64,000 bases of DNA from Escherichia coli (GCF_045037415.1 NZ_CP173438.1), one strand, 5' to 3'; positions 43,776-53,927 are shown, numbered from the stretch's first letter. A program made the numbers and translations. The notes: generated from the letters alone by a model not told the origin.

Positions 43776-45080
43776 ATGAAAATCAGTGAATTTCTACATC
43801 TGGCGTTACCAGAGGAACAATGGCTACCGACGATTTCTGGCGTTTTACGCCAGTTCGCAGAAGAAGAGTGTTATGTCTATGAGCGTCAACCCTGTTGGTA
43901 TTTAGGCAAAGGGTGCCAGGCACGGCTGCACATTAATGCCGACGGAACGCAGGCGACATTTATTGATGATGCCGGGGAGCAAAAATGGGCGGTGGATTCC
44001 ATTGCCGACTGCGCGCGTCGTTTTATGGCGCATCCTCAGGTGAAAGGACGTCGGGTATATGGACAGGTTGGGTTCAACTTTGCGGCGCATGCGCGGGGGA
44101 TTGCCTTTAACGCCGGGGAGTGGCCGCTGCTGACGTTAACCGTTCCCCGTGAAGAACTTATTTTTGAAAAGGGAAATGTCACCGTTTATGCGGACTCCGC
44201 CGACGGGTGCCGACGTTTGTGCGAGTGGGTAAAAGAGGCCGGTACAACGACGCAGAACGCACCACTGGCGGTGGATACCGCCCTCAATGGTGAGGCATAT
44301 AAACAACAGGTTGCGCGCGCCGTTGCGGAGATCCGCCGTGGCGAGTATGTCAAAGTGATTGTCTCGCGCGCCATTCCCCTGCCATCGCGGATTGATATGC
44401 CCGCCACGCTGTTATACGGGCGGCAGGCAAACACGCCTGTGCGCTCGTTTATGTTCCGTCAGGAAGGACGCGAAGCGCTGGGCTTTAGCCCAGAACTGGT
44501 GATGTCAGTGACGGGCAATAAAGTGGTCACTGAACCGCTTGCGGGCACCCGCGATCGCATGGGAAACCCGGAGCATAATAAGGCGAAAGAGGCAGAACTG
44601 CTGCACGACAGTAAAGAGGTGCTTGAGCATATCCTTTCTGTCAAAGAAGCTATTGCTGAACTGGAGGCCGTTTGCCAGCCGGGCAGCGTGGTGGTTGAAG
44701 ATTTAATGTCGGTTCGCCAGCGCGGCAGCGTTCAGCATCTGGGGTCTGGCGTGAGCGGTCAGCTTGCGGAAAACAAGGATGCCTGGGATGCGTTTACCGT
44801 GCTGTTTCCGTCGATTACCGCCTCAGGTATCCCTAAAAATGCTGCTCTGAACGCGATTATGCAAATTGAGAAGACGCCGCGAGAGCTTTATTCCGGCGCA
44901 ATCCTGCTGCTGGACGATACGCGCTTTGATGCGGCGCTAGTTCTGCGTTCCGTATTTCAGGATAGCCAGCGCTGCTGGATACAGGCGGGGGCGGGAATCA
45001 TCGCGCAATCTACGCCGGAACGCGAACTGACAGAAACCCGGGAGAAATTAGCGAGCATTGCGCCCTATTTAATGGTGTAG
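43776..45080 (+). CDS. ybtS: Salicylate synthase (chorismate-utilising enzyme)
   Basis: 434-aa ORF with chorismate-binding-family C-terminal region; canonical position next to the island integrase. Confidence 0.9.
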   Translation: MKISEFLHLALPEEQWLPTISGVLRQFAEEECYVYERQPCWYLGKGCQARLHINADGTQATFIDDAGEQKWAVDSIADCARRFMAHPQVKGRRVYGQVGFNFAAHARGIAFNAGEWPLLTLTVPREELIFEKGNVTVYADSADGCRRLCEWVKEAGTTTQNAPLAVDTALNGEAYKQQVARAVAEIRRGEYVKVIVSRAIPLPSRIDMPATLLYGRQANTPVRSFMFRQEGREALGFSPELVMSVTGNKVVTEPLAGTRDRMGNPEHNKAKEAELLHDSKEVLEHILSVKEAIAELEAVCQPGSVVVEDLMSVRQRGSVQHLGSGVSGQLAENKDAWDAFTVLFPSITASGIPKNAALNAIMQIEKTPRELYSGAILLLDDTRFDAALVLRSVFQDSQRCWIQAGAGIIAQSTPERELTETREKLASIAPYLMV

Positions 45081-45273
45081 GAGTAACTGTTTTCTAACCT
45101 CACAACCAGACTGTCCAAAGACAATTGAGTCGCTCTTTGATTCCTCTGTGACTCTATTGTCTTCTTTTGGGATAAAATAGGTGTTTTTCGTCATGAAGTT
45201 GATAAAAGTCTATATAGAACCACCTCTTGTGGAGGTGGTGGTAATTTGCCAGAGTGTGGGATTCGTTAGTATA

Positions 45274-46536
45274 CTATGGGATAAACTTATTTTTACCAAT
45301 TGTATAAGGCGGTGCATAAGATTCTCGGCATGCTTCCAGATAATCCGACCACCACTGCATCATCGCTTTGCGGGCTTCCAGGTGCTCTGCCTTATGAATA
45401 TAAGCCATGCGCACGGTATTGCGCTCCTGATGACTCATCTGGCGTTCTACTGCGTCCTTTGCCCATAAACCCGATTCCATCAGCGCACTGCATGCCATTG
45501 CCCGGAAGCCGTGACCGCAGATATCCTTTTTCGTGTCGTAACCCATCACCCGCAGTGCCTTATTGACCGTGTTTTCACACATTGGCTTATACGGGTTATG
45601 GTCGCCGGGGAAGATCAGTTCATTATTACCGGTGATATCCTTAATCTGTTTCAGAATGGCGATGGACTGTTCTGAGAGGGGGACGATATGCGGCATTCGC
45701 ATTTTTGCCCCGCGGCCGGAATAACGCACGCCAATAATGGGTTCTCGCGTCGCGGGTATCGTCCAGACTCGGTTTGTGAAATCAATCTCTGACCAGCGGG
45801 CGAAACGCAGTTCACTGGAGCGAATGAACACATGCAGCATCAGCAGAACGGCATGCCGGGTCAGTTCACGGCCCTGATGATATGCCCCAATACGTTCAAG
45901 CAGTTCAGGCAGCCGCTCCAGCGGCAGGGCAGGATAGTGCCGTCTGACAGGAGGTGTGGTCACGCCGCCAAGGTTTGCTGCAGGGTTCGTATCGATTAAC
46001 TCCTGATGGACCGCATGGCGCATTATGTTACTCAGGTGCTGCCGTGTGCGGGACGCAACCTCCAGCAGACCTTTTTCCTCGATCCCTTTCAGCAGGTCAA
46101 TGAAATGACGGGGTTTAAGTTCTGATACAGGTAGGTTCCCGATGACCGGAAAGATGTGATTGTTCAGGCTGGCAAGCAGACGGTCGGCGGTGTTCTGCGA
46201 CCATTTCCTGTTACTTTTATGCCACGCCAGCGCCACGTTTTTAAAAACTTTCTCCGGTGTTCGTGAGCCACGTACAGCAGCCCGCTGCTGTACCGGGTTG
46301 ATATTCAGCGCCAGCATTTTACGGATACCTTCACGTTGCTGTCGCGCATCAGACAGGGAGATGGCTGGATAGGTACCCAGCGCAATGCGGGATTCTTTAC
46401 CGCTAATACGGTATTTGAGATACCAGTGGCGGGAGCCACCCGGCTTGACCCGCAGATACAGACCGTGAGAATCGGAGACTTTAAAGGGTTTATCAGAAGG
46501 CTTGAGGGTGCGGATTTTTGCGCTGGTAAGGGACAT
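45274..46536 (-). CDS. int: P4-type tyrosine integrase of the HPI
   Basis: 420-aa ORF (MSLTSAKIRTLKPSDKPFKVSDSHGLYLRV...) with tyrosine-recombinase C-terminal domain, adjacent to tRNA-Asn. Confidence 0.85.
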   Translation of the reverse strand: MSLTSAKIRTLKPSDKPFKVSDSHGLYLRVKPGGSRHWYLKYRISGKESRIALGTYPAISLSDARQQREGIRKMLALNINPVQQRAAVRGSRTPEKVFKNVALAWHKSNRKWSQNTADRLLASLNNHIFPVIGNLPVSELKPRHFIDLLKGIEEKGLLEVASRTRQHLSNIMRHAVHQELIDTNPAANLGGVTTPPVRRHYPALPLERLPELLERIGAYHQGRELTRHAVLLMLHVFIRSSELRFARWSEIDFTNRVWTIPATREPIIGVRYSGRGAKMRMPHIVPLSEQSIAILKQIKDITGNNELIFPGDHNPYKPMCENTVNKALRVMGYDTKKDICGHGFRAMACSALMESGLWAKDAVERQMSHQERNTVRMAYIHKAEHLEARKAMMQWWSDYLEACRESYAPPYTIGKNKFIP

Positions 46537-46697
46537 ATGGGGGTCACTCCATTATCGAACTAACCTGACCCCAGATTTGACCACCAATTTTTCCCGATGC
46601 GTAGGGTAAAATCAAAATGCACTGAGAAGAGTTTTCACACTAACCTGTTGAATCAACATCAGATAAAGATTCGCAAGGATGCATGAAAACAGAAAAT

Positions 46698-46773
46698 TGG
46701 CTCCTCTGACTGGACTCGAACCAGTGACATACGGATTAACAGTCCGCCGTTCTACCGACTGAACTACAGAGGA
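46698..46773 (-). tRNA. asnT: tRNA-Asn (GUU); HPI attachment tRNA
   Basis: Fourth copy of the 76-nt tRNA-Asn sequence, about 160 bp from the island integrase gene. Confidence 0.9.
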
Positions 46774-46873
46774 ATCGTGAGAACGGGGCGCATATTACTT
46801 AGCGGTACCTTGTCTGTCAACACTAAATTTCATAAGCCATTTCAATTGGTTAATTAATCTGCAAAGTTGTTAA

Positions 46874-47671
46874 TTAATGAACATTCGTCGCCGAAAACGA
46901 GTCTGTATCATTAGCGTGATGCAGTCTCTGCAAAGGATCTTGTTGATAAAATTGACAGAAACGTTGCCACAATGAAGGGAAACGAGGAGCAAAAAGTTCT
47001 GGGGCGCTAAAGAAATATTCAGAAAGTACGGCAAAACATTCAGCAGGATCACTGGCAGCATAAGCATCAATGCTCGCCGCATTCTCACCAACTAATTCGA
47101 TTTCTTCCTGAATGTTGTTCATTGCAGCATGAAGATCGTGTTCCCAGCCAGCAACCTCACGCAACGAAATAAAGGGAACTCCGCTGGCGCGATCGCCGTT
47201 ACGGGTGTCCAGCTTATGAGCGACTTCATGAATAATCAGGTTAAAACCAGAAGCATCAAAAGAATCTTGTATATCCAACCAGTTCAAAACGATAGGCCCT
47301 TGCTGCCAGCTCTGACCTGACTGAACAATACGTTGGTTATGCACCAGACCGATATCGTCTTCCCATTCATCATCGACCACAAATGGCGCAGGATAAATTA
47401 AGATTTCATGAAAACCATCCAGCCATTCCAGTCCTAACTCCAGAACGGGCAGGCAAAATAGAAGTGCTATCCGGCAGCTTCTTAATGAATTCAGCTCAAA
47501 GCCCTGTAAAGGAACAAGCCGTTTTTGCTGTAAAAAACGTTCGGCAAGAGCGACCAATTTGCTTTGTTCCTGTTCTGTCAGACACGTTAAAAGGGGGATC
47601 GATAGTGCTTCCTGCCAGGGAAGGGCAGTTTGATGTGCTGATTCTTGTACTTTCCAGGGCCACTTAATCAT
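46874..47671 (-). CDS. mtfA: Mlc titration factor A (zinc-dependent peptidase-like)
   Basis: Start at [20 protein letters not shown] gives 265 aa; HEVAH zinc motif. Confidence 0.85.
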   Translation of the reverse strand: MIKWPWKVQESAHQTALPWQEALSIPLLTCLTEQEQSKLVALAERFLQQKRLVPLQGFELNSLRSCRIALLFCLPVLELGLEWLDGFHEILIYPAPFVVDDEWEDDIGLVHNQRIVQSGQSWQQGPIVLNWLDIQDSFDASGFNLIIHEVAHKLDTRNGDRASGVPFISLREVAGWEHDLHAAMNNIQEEIELVGENAASIDAYAASDPAECFAVLSEYFFSAPELFAPRFPSLWQRFCQFYQQDPLQRLHHANDTDSFSATNVH

Positions 47672-47764
47672 CGTTTTGCTCGCAAACTCGTCACTTGAAC
47701 AAAATTGCACGGACAGGGACTGTTAAAATGCCAAATTTCCTGGCATCATGGCAACCATCTGAAC

Positions 47765-47855
47765 GGAGAGATGCCGGAGCGGCTGAACGGACCGGTTCTC
47801 GAAAACCGGAGTGGGGGCAACTCCACCGGGGGTTCAAATCCCCCTCTCTCCGCCA
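47765..47855 (+). tRNA. serU: tRNA-Ser, long variable arm (serU-like)
   Basis: About 91 nt, ggagagatgccggagcggctgaacgg...ggttcaaatccccctctctccgcca; acceptor stem pairs and ends in CCA; integrase immediately downstream. Confidence 0.85.
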
Positions 47856-47907
47856 AAATTCAATCACTTACACATCATTAAGTCAGTGACAAAAATCACA
47901 CTTGGAA

Positions 47908-48933
47908 TTACTTGGAATATTTTCTTGGAATATTTTCAGGTAACGGGACATCAAGTGTTGGTGAAACTTTAACCTTCCTGTCATAGATTAGCACTTGCCC
48001 CTCGGTTTTGTGACCAGAGAAAAGTTGCTTATCCCGGCTGCTTCCTTCATAGTCTGAAATTCCTTTCGCCTTCAGATCATGAAAGGTGAAGTCGGTTAAA
48101 ATACCTGAAATTTTGCCTGCGCGATTTCTTGCTTCTACCCACATTTCGTTAAAGCCTTTGTACATATATCGGTTGCCATATTGATTGCTGATTACATAGA
48201 CGGATGCTGGTAACTGTTTTGCTTTTTCGATCGCCGCCTGTAATCGTGGACTCCATGCTTTTATCTGTTTTTTCCCTGTTTTCCCTTGCTGGATAAAGAT
48301 CCCGTCGTTTCCAATCTGCTCCCATTTCAGTGATAACACATCGGAAACCCTCGCTGCACACAGATAGGCAATTTCCATTGCGATAAAAACAGGAAGAGGT
48401 GCAACGCTTAATACTGCCTGGTATTCTTTGTCGGTTACATATCGTTCGCGGTTTTTGGCCTTGAATTTACTTACACCTGCACATGGGTTAGCCTTCACGT
48501 ACCCTCGCTCATATCCCCAACTGTAAACGCGGGACATACTGCTTTTTTCATGGTTGGCTTGCGTTTTGCTCTGTTCCCCTCTTTTGTCCATGTATCGACG
48601 GATGTGTTCTGGTTTTATGGAATCCGCTGGTACCTTACCGAATACGGCAAGCAACTTTTTTTGATGTTGCAGATAATCTTTTTGTGTTCTTGGGCTAAGG
48701 TCACTGTAACAGGCGCTGGCGAGGAATTTTTCCCACAAGCGACCGAATGTCATTGCACGATCGCGATTATTTACAGTTTCCTCATACTTTTTCCATAAAG
48801 CAGCTAAACCATCCTTGATGGCGGTTAGTGTTACAGATTCTCTGGATGTTGGTTTCCATACATAACTATATTTATTTGGGTATACATTTGGAGGTAATTT
48901 TTCGTGTTCAGGATTTTTCCTTCGTCTTCCCAT
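47908..48933 (-). CDS. int: Phage tyrosine integrase
   Basis: 341-aa ORF directly next to the tRNA-Ser 3' end, with tyrosine-recombinase C-terminal region. Confidence 0.85.
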   Translation of the reverse strand: MGRRRKNPEHEKLPPNVYPNKYSYVWKPTSRESVTLTAIKDGLAALWKKYEETVNNRDRAMTFGRLWEKFLASACYSDLSPRTQKDYLQHQKKLLAVFGKVPADSIKPEHIRRYMDKRGEQSKTQANHEKSSMSRVYSWGYERGYVKANPCAGVSKFKAKNRERYVTDKEYQAVLSVAPLPVFIAMEIAYLCAARVSDVLSLKWEQIGNDGIFIQQGKTGKKQIKAWSPRLQAAIEKAKQLPASVYVISNQYGNRYMYKGFNEMWVEARNRAGKISGILTDFTFHDLKAKGISDYEGSSRDKQLFSGHKTEGQVLIYDRKVKVSPTLDVPLPENIPRKYSK

Positions 48934-49136
48934 CAGATCGCACCAAAATTCGGCTCTACCTCGCGTGGTGGTAAAGTTTTATTGCAGGTAAATAGATCCC
49001 GGCTGACAATCGGTTTGCCACTACGATTGGTATAGAACGGAAGCCCGTTTTCCATTAACCATTTTCGCTGGTGACTTGCATATTTGCAGCCCGTTAATAT
49101 TAGCAATTCATCTTTGGTTAAAAATAAGCTGCTCAT
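48933..49136 (-). CDS. xis: Putative excisionase
   Basis: 67-aa ORF immediately upstream of int, typical int-xis pairing; family not verified. Confidence 0.5.
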   Translation of the reverse strand: MSSLFLTKDELLILTGCKYASHQRKWLMENGLPFYTNRSGKPIVSRDLFTCNKTLPPREVEPNFGAI

Positions 49137-49194
49137 AGCTATATCTCATAACCGCCGCTAACTATATGCGGTTAGCGGCGATCAGGGTTGAACA

Positions 49195-51669
49195 TTAAAA
49201 ATCAGCCTGACTCGGGATCAGTTTTTGCCAGATAGCTGAAACGTATTTTGCCTGGTAACGGGCGTCATCAAGTGCATTATGGCGCTCACCTTCGAATGGA
49301 ATAGCCGTTCTGGCATCGAAGTCTATGGCTTTCCCCAGCTCAACGATTGTGCGTACATCGCGATCGTTGTAGTAACGCCACGGGCAGGGGATCCCCTGCC
49401 GTTCGTATGAACGGCGCAAAATTGTGTTGTCGAAGTTGGCTCCATTTCCCCAGACCTGAACAAAAAATTCACCGGAGTTTTCGTCGATAAATTCCCGCAA
49501 TTGTAACAGTGCATCATCTAACGGGATTTCATCGGTCATAATGGCAGATTGCGCTTCGCGTGATTGCTTAAGCCACCATTTAATGGTGCCACGATCAATG
49601 ACTCCGCCAGCAGTATCCATATCGATGGTCTTACTAAATTCCGGCCCCATATCTCCGGTTTGCGGATCGAAAAATATTGCACCTATTGAGATAAGCGGGG
49701 CATCGGGATTTTTTCCCATGGTTTCAAGGTCGATCATCATGTGGTGCCACATTCTGCTGGTGGATGTGATTTTATGATGACCGTTCATGGTAATTAAGGG
49801 ATTTGCCGTCCCGCCAGCTTCATTATCGCTGGTGTGATGCTGATTACCGCCAGCGTTCTCTTTGTGCGGATATTCAACACGTTCCATTTCCTCCGGATCA
49901 TTTTCCTGAACTTCAACCTGATTCTCTTCATTGAATGTTTCCTGGTATGTTGCGTCACCCATCACCGCGCCACAATCAGGGCAGTTGCCGCCGCCGGTCT
50001 GACCGCAGGCGGTGCAGACTTTTTCCGGTTCCTGTTGCGCTACTGGTTCAGGTTGTTTCGTTTCTGGCTCGTTTTGTAACGCATTTGGGCTGTTTTGTTC
50101 CGCTTTCTGGCCGTTCTGTTCCGTTTCTTGCTGGTTCTGATTCACTGAATCGCGGGTTTCAATCCCCTTCACCCATTTCGGATCATTCGGGTCGCTAATC
50201 CCTGCAACAAATTCACCACGTGATACAGCAAGCAACTTATTGGCGTCAGGCTGGCTGATATTGGCTGCCTGCATAATTTTGTTTACTTCGTCAGCGGTAA
50301 CTTTTATCGGCTCTGGTTGTGCGATCGTGTCAGATGCACCAGTATTTTGTTGTGAACCTGAGTACGTGCCGTTTTTACGTGCGAAGTATTCCTCTTTTGT
50401 GATTTCCGTAGCTCCCAGGGCCAGTGCTTTTTCCAGACCAGAAAGTTTGTTTGCGCGACCGTATTTTTCGCCGTCCTTATCGGTGAAAAGGAAGTAGAAC
50501 GGTCCCTCACGCTCTACAGATGGTTCGTCTTCCACTTCGCATTCGGTTTTTTCGTTGTCCGGCATTGCCGTTTCCACTGCATCAGTTTCTGGTACTGGTG
50601 ACGGGAGAGTACCAGCTGTGCCCTGATTTGTTCCTTCGTCATCTTCAAACACGCCCTTGGTAGTCAGGTATTCAGTGATGTATTTGTTCAGTGCTACGGG
50701 ATCTTTGTGAATGTCGATCGGACGCTCACGGACAAGGCCAAAAATAGTCTGACGGTCGTAGCGAACGGCATCGGGTTGTTTGCGCATTGATGCGGAAATG
50801 CGCTTCCAGTCTTCGCGATCTTTGTCGATAACTTCATTTTTTGCCCAGCGATGGATGCTGCCGTCAATGTTTCCGGTATCAATATCGCCAGGCCAGAGAG
50901 CGTAGGCCAGTTCTTCATCCAGCGTTTTCCATGTCTGCTTGTATTCGCGACAAATGGCGGCAGTGACTGGGTTGATTTTTCCTGCTGAGTTTTCAGTGTT
51001 CTGTTGATTGACTCTGGCGCTGGCGAGATCAACAACAGACGTGTATTTTCCAGTCTCTTTGCGCTCTGCGTCCTGCCGTTTTTTCCAGTTACGTAATTCA
51101 GCCTGAATTTCGGGCCATTTGGCACCCGGATTACATTTGTGTTTAACCCATCCGATAGCGAACAGTTTGCGTTCCGGATACATAGCGTTAATTTCAGGCG
51201 TTTTCATCAGTGCTTCAACGATATGCCCGTCAAAGGTAGCAACGTCTTCCTGCAGTAATTCCTGCGCGTCAATCGCCATATCAACGGTGATGTTTTCACA
51301 TGTACCGAACTTAACCAGGACCGCGTTCTGTACTTCAAGGGACAGCTTGTCAAAATTGACGTTCATCGGATCGGATTCTGGTTCGACCGGAATAAAGGAA
51401 GCGGATTCCTCATCCCAGCGGTTTTCCTGCATATATTCAGCATCCCAGGAATCGAGGGCAGGGCGGGGTATACCGGGTTTATCCTCGCAAACAAGAAATT
51501 TATAAGCGCAGTCCTGAGCAGCCGGATAATGTTCCAGGAATTGCCAGTGAAATTTTGCGCGGGCGCGACGTTCATCACCGGCTTCAATGGCAGTGGCTAC
51601 AGCGACGGCACCTTCTTCCTTTATTGCCTGTTCGTCCGGAATGGCGGCGCAAATAAAGACTTTACTCAT
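49195..51669 (-). CDS. Large prophage exonuclease (relatives are often annotated exodeoxyribonuclease VIII); C-terminal DEDD-type 3'-5' exonuclease domain
   Basis: 824 aa; C-terminal MMIDLETMG ... WGNGANFDNTIL ... HNALDDA resembles DnaQ-like motifs; central C-x2-C ... C-x2-C zinc-ribbon (CTACGQTGGGNCPDCG). Confidence 0.55.
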   Translation of the reverse strand: MSKVFICAAIPDEQAIKEEGAVAVATAIEAGDERRARAKFHWQFLEHYPAAQDCAYKFLVCEDKPGIPRPALDSWDAEYMQENRWDEESASFIPVEPESDPMNVNFDKLSLEVQNAVLVKFGTCENITVDMAIDAQELLQEDVATFDGHIVEALMKTPEINAMYPERKLFAIGWVKHKCNPGAKWPEIQAELRNWKKRQDAERKETGKYTSVVDLASARVNQQNTENSAGKINPVTAAICREYKQTWKTLDEELAYALWPGDIDTGNIDGSIHRWAKNEVIDKDREDWKRISASMRKQPDAVRYDRQTIFGLVRERPIDIHKDPVALNKYITEYLTTKGVFEDDEGTNQGTAGTLPSPVPETDAVETAMPDNEKTECEVEDEPSVEREGPFYFLFTDKDGEKYGRANKLSGLEKALALGATEITKEEYFARKNGTYSGSQQNTGASDTIAQPEPIKVTADEVNKIMQAANISQPDANKLLAVSRGEFVAGISDPNDPKWVKGIETRDSVNQNQQETEQNGQKAEQNSPNALQNEPETKQPEPVAQQEPEKVCTACGQTGGGNCPDCGAVMGDATYQETFNEENQVEVQENDPEEMERVEYPHKENAGGNQHHTSDNEAGGTANPLITMNGHHKITSTSRMWHHMMIDLETMGKNPDAPLISIGAIFFDPQTGDMGPEFSKTIDMDTAGGVIDRGTIKWWLKQSREAQSAIMTDEIPLDDALLQLREFIDENSGEFFVQVWGNGANFDNTILRRSYERQGIPCPWRYYNDRDVRTIVELGKAIDFDARTAIPFEGERHNALDDARYQAKYVSAIWQKLIPSQADF

Positions 51670-51748
51670 TTTGTTTTACCTCATTACAGATTTAAGGGTG
51701 AACAAATCCCTGCCATTGCTGGCATATAAAAATGAAACTGGATATTAA

Positions 51749-51958
51749 TTACGGCGCTGTTTTTAATCCTGCCGGGATTTCGTTATTGTCCATGTGAATA
51801 ACTTTATCGACCGGATAACAGTTGCCGGGAATTTTCTGTTCCGCTGCGGCAGCCATGCATTCTTTCATTGAGTTGTACATGCCGGTGATTGCATCAAGCG
51901 ACTCACCAGTATTGAGATATACAGTCAGAATGAGTATGAATAATGTGTTCATCGCCAC
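51749..51958 (-). CDS. Small membrane protein, possibly ydfD-like
   Basis: 69-aa ORF with N-terminal hydrophobic helix, directly downstream of the dicB-like gene as ydfD is in Qin. Confidence 0.35.
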   Translation of the reverse strand: MAMNTLFILILTVYLNTGESLDAITGMYNSMKECMAAAAEQKIPGNCYPVDKVIHMDNNEIPAGLKTAP

Positions 51959-52137
51959 TCTCCGAAAATACCGAGTTTAAGAAGGGCAATTCTGGAGAGT
52001 ATGGAATTGTCATTCAGCAGGTAGGGTTCATATTTTCTCATATTGATTGCATCCTCGGTGAAATCCCTGTTACTGAGCAGAACACCAATATTAAAGCACC
52101 CGTCAGACGTATTAACGTTTGGTAGTGACGTTTCCAT
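51949..52137 (-). CDS. dicB: DicB-like cell-division inhibitor
   Basis: 62-aa ORF; METSLPNVNTSDGCFNIGV...FTEDAIN resembles recalled Qin DicB (62 aa); located downstream of the DicF homolog. Confidence 0.55.
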   Translation of the reverse strand: METSLPNVNTSDGCFNIGVLLSNRDFTEDAINMRKYEPYLLNDNSILSRIALLKLGIFGEWR

Positions 52138-52147
52138 TATCGCGTCC

Positions 52148-52705
52148 TCAACAATGAATTTTTAGCAATTGCTCCACAGTCATATTTTTAATTGCGCTCC
52201 GGTTTACAAGAGTCCATCCTTGTTTCTCCAGATAAAACCGGAAGGTATCCAGGGTGCAGACCATTGCGCCGTCAGGAACGGTTTCAGTGAATTTGATATT
52301 GCCGTGTTCGTCGAGACGGATAACCAGGGTGCGTCCGTCCCCGTGAATCATTTTGTCGGGAGACGGGGCGTTATTCTGGCGCAGTTCTTCCTCCATGCGA
52401 TCGAACTCAGCGATGTAGGCTTCTTTGAAAGTTGCGGCTTTTTTACCTGTGAACCCCATCACCAGGAAAACGAAGCCGTTTTTGGTGATTTGGTACATTG
52501 GGAGTTTGCGCCCGGTTGAGTCGGTGTATTCGCTCGACACAAAATTGTGCTCAGTGAATTTTGCTGAACAGTCCAGATTGCGAATTTTATCCAACACTCG
52601 TTCGTGGCGTTTGCCAAAGAACTCGGCGATCGCAACAGACGTAGTGACAGCGCGACCATTTTCGATGGTTACGTCAGGGTGAGAAAGGGTAAGGATAGTA
52701 GCCAT
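52148..52705 (-). CDS. rha: Rha-family phage regulatory protein
   Basis: MATILTLSHPDVTIENGRAVTTSVAIAEFFGKRHERVLDKIRNL...GFTGKKAATFKEAYIAEFDRMEEEL matches the Phage_pRha N-terminal domain; track ORF 52148-53002 has a probable non-coding N-terminal extension. Confidence 0.7.
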   Translation of the reverse strand: MATILTLSHPDVTIENGRAVTTSVAIAEFFGKRHERVLDKIRNLDCSAKFTEHNFVSSEYTDSTGRKLPMYQITKNGFVFLVMGFTGKKAATFKEAYIAEFDRMEEELRQNNAPSPDKMIHGDGRTLVIRLDEHGNIKFTETVPDGAMVCTLDTFRFYLEKQGWTLVNRSAIKNMTVEQLLKIHC

Positions 52706-53179
52706 GATGGCAGCCTCCGCGATGAATTTGATTAACTCACCACCGAGGTTTTCCACGACCATAAGGGTGGTGAGACGTACAGGGGTGGAAATACCGGTCA
52801 TCACGGAACCCGGCCAGCCTTGCGGCTGCCCTGCACGCCCCACCATAATGCGAATGTGGCTGTGCTTAACGCATAAAAAAACCGCCTGAGCGCGGTTATG
52901 CGCCGTGAATGATTTCGGGTTTCCACGCCCGGCACCCGTTTTATGAGGTGCAGGTGCACTATAATTCCACCCGTTCTGGTTTTCAATAGCTACATTCAAC
53001 ATTTTCTCTACCTTTCATCACCGAAGTGAACTTTGTTGATGCGGTGCCTGGTGCCTCCAGGTGACGTTAACCAGTTAACAATTAACGCCGGATACAGAGA
53101 ATCCACCCATAACACTGTTTTTGGTTTTAACTGTTCCGCGTGCGCTTAGCCGCATTCACCGCATCACAAAATTCACTTT

Positions 53180-53237
53180 AAAAAGGGCGGCAGAGCAGTC
53201 ACGGAGTAGAACTGATACCGCCAAAAGTCACCAGAAA
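53180..53237 (-). ncRNA. dicF: DicF-like small RNA
   Basis: Minus-strand sequence tttctggtgacttttggcggtatcagttctactccgtgactgctctgccgcccttttt differs at about 2 positions from the DicF sequence as recalled and ends in a terminator hairpin plus U-run; lies in a 540-bp region with no ORF. Confidence 0.7.
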
Positions 53238-53540
53238 ATTGATAACAGAGGGCGTTGCAGCGGGGTTGTCACTTAAGCGTATGGTCAACCTGACAACCCG
53301 GTGTCCTCAACGGGGGAAGGAATAACCCCGCCATACTTACCGCCGCGCCATTTCGCGGATTGCCACAACCGGAAGCGCACGGTCGACGAAAATTTAACGA
53401 CTACCTACAGAGAGACGAACTTCGCCGTGCGCTTTCGCGTTATGCCCTGACTTTTCAGGGATATATCCTTTTCAGTAAACTGTCAGTGCCGGATTCTTAT
53501 CCGTGTCCGGCGCACGCACTCTACCTCACCTGTGAATAAA

Positions 53541-53927
53541 TTAATGATTAATTGATATTTTGTTGTTTGATTCAACTTTCCCATCGGATGTGTGATGCTT
53601 TAAATCACAGGAATTAATACTGCTTGCTGTAAAATGATTTTCAAGGGGAGCTATTCGAATCCCTTTCTTTTTCATTAACAAGCCAAATCCTTTATTAATG
53701 ATGTCCATTAATTCCAGGAAGTATTTTTCATGTAAATCCTGGTTATCAGAGAGCTGCTTCTCTTCGCACAGACCGATAAAGGCACGACGAACGTTACCGG
53801 ATATAGTATCGATGGTTTCTTTTTCTACGGTACTCAGGTCAAGAGTCGCCAGTTGGGAACGAACTATATTCGCTGCCATTTCCTGGAATGGTACTGGTAA
53901 ATCTTTAAATTCCATCGTCAACCTCAT
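53541..53927 (-). CDS. Hypothetical protein in the ydfB/ydfC position of the dicB operon
   Basis: 128-aa ORF between ydfA and dicF; function unknown. Confidence 0.4.
   Translation of the reverse strand: MRLTMEFKDLPVPFQEMAANIVRSQLATLDLSTVEKETIDTISGNVRRAFIGLCEEKQLSDNQDLHEKYFLELMDIINKGFGLLMKKKGIRIAPLENHFTASSINSCDLKHHTSDGKVESNNKISINH

Larger units (their letters stand above)
15658..46773. mobile_element. High Pathogenicity Island (yersiniabactin locus, Yersinia HPI type) integrated at tRNA-Asn asnT; fyuA-side border apparently truncated
   Basis: Canonical gene order int-ybtS-ybtX-ybtQ-ybtP-ybtA-irp2-irp1-ybtU-ybtT-ybtE-fyuA next to a tRNA-Asn; no copy of the tRNA 3' end (ccagtcagaggagccaa) seen between fyuA and yeeJ; right boundary approximate. 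Confidence 0.85.

Noticed and set aside
47765-47855. Possible sequence differences in the variable arm of tRNA-Ser compared with my recollection of E. coli serU, hinting that the phage supplies part of the tRNA
   Set aside because: I cannot recall the reference serU sequence reliably enough to tell real substitutions from memory error; needs alignment to the reference tRNA.
52706-53002. Possible coding region between the Rha start and the DicF homolog
   Set aside because: The in-frame extension has an atypical Gly/Pro/Arg-rich translation with no start-site support; more likely untranslated leader or processed sRNA precursor.
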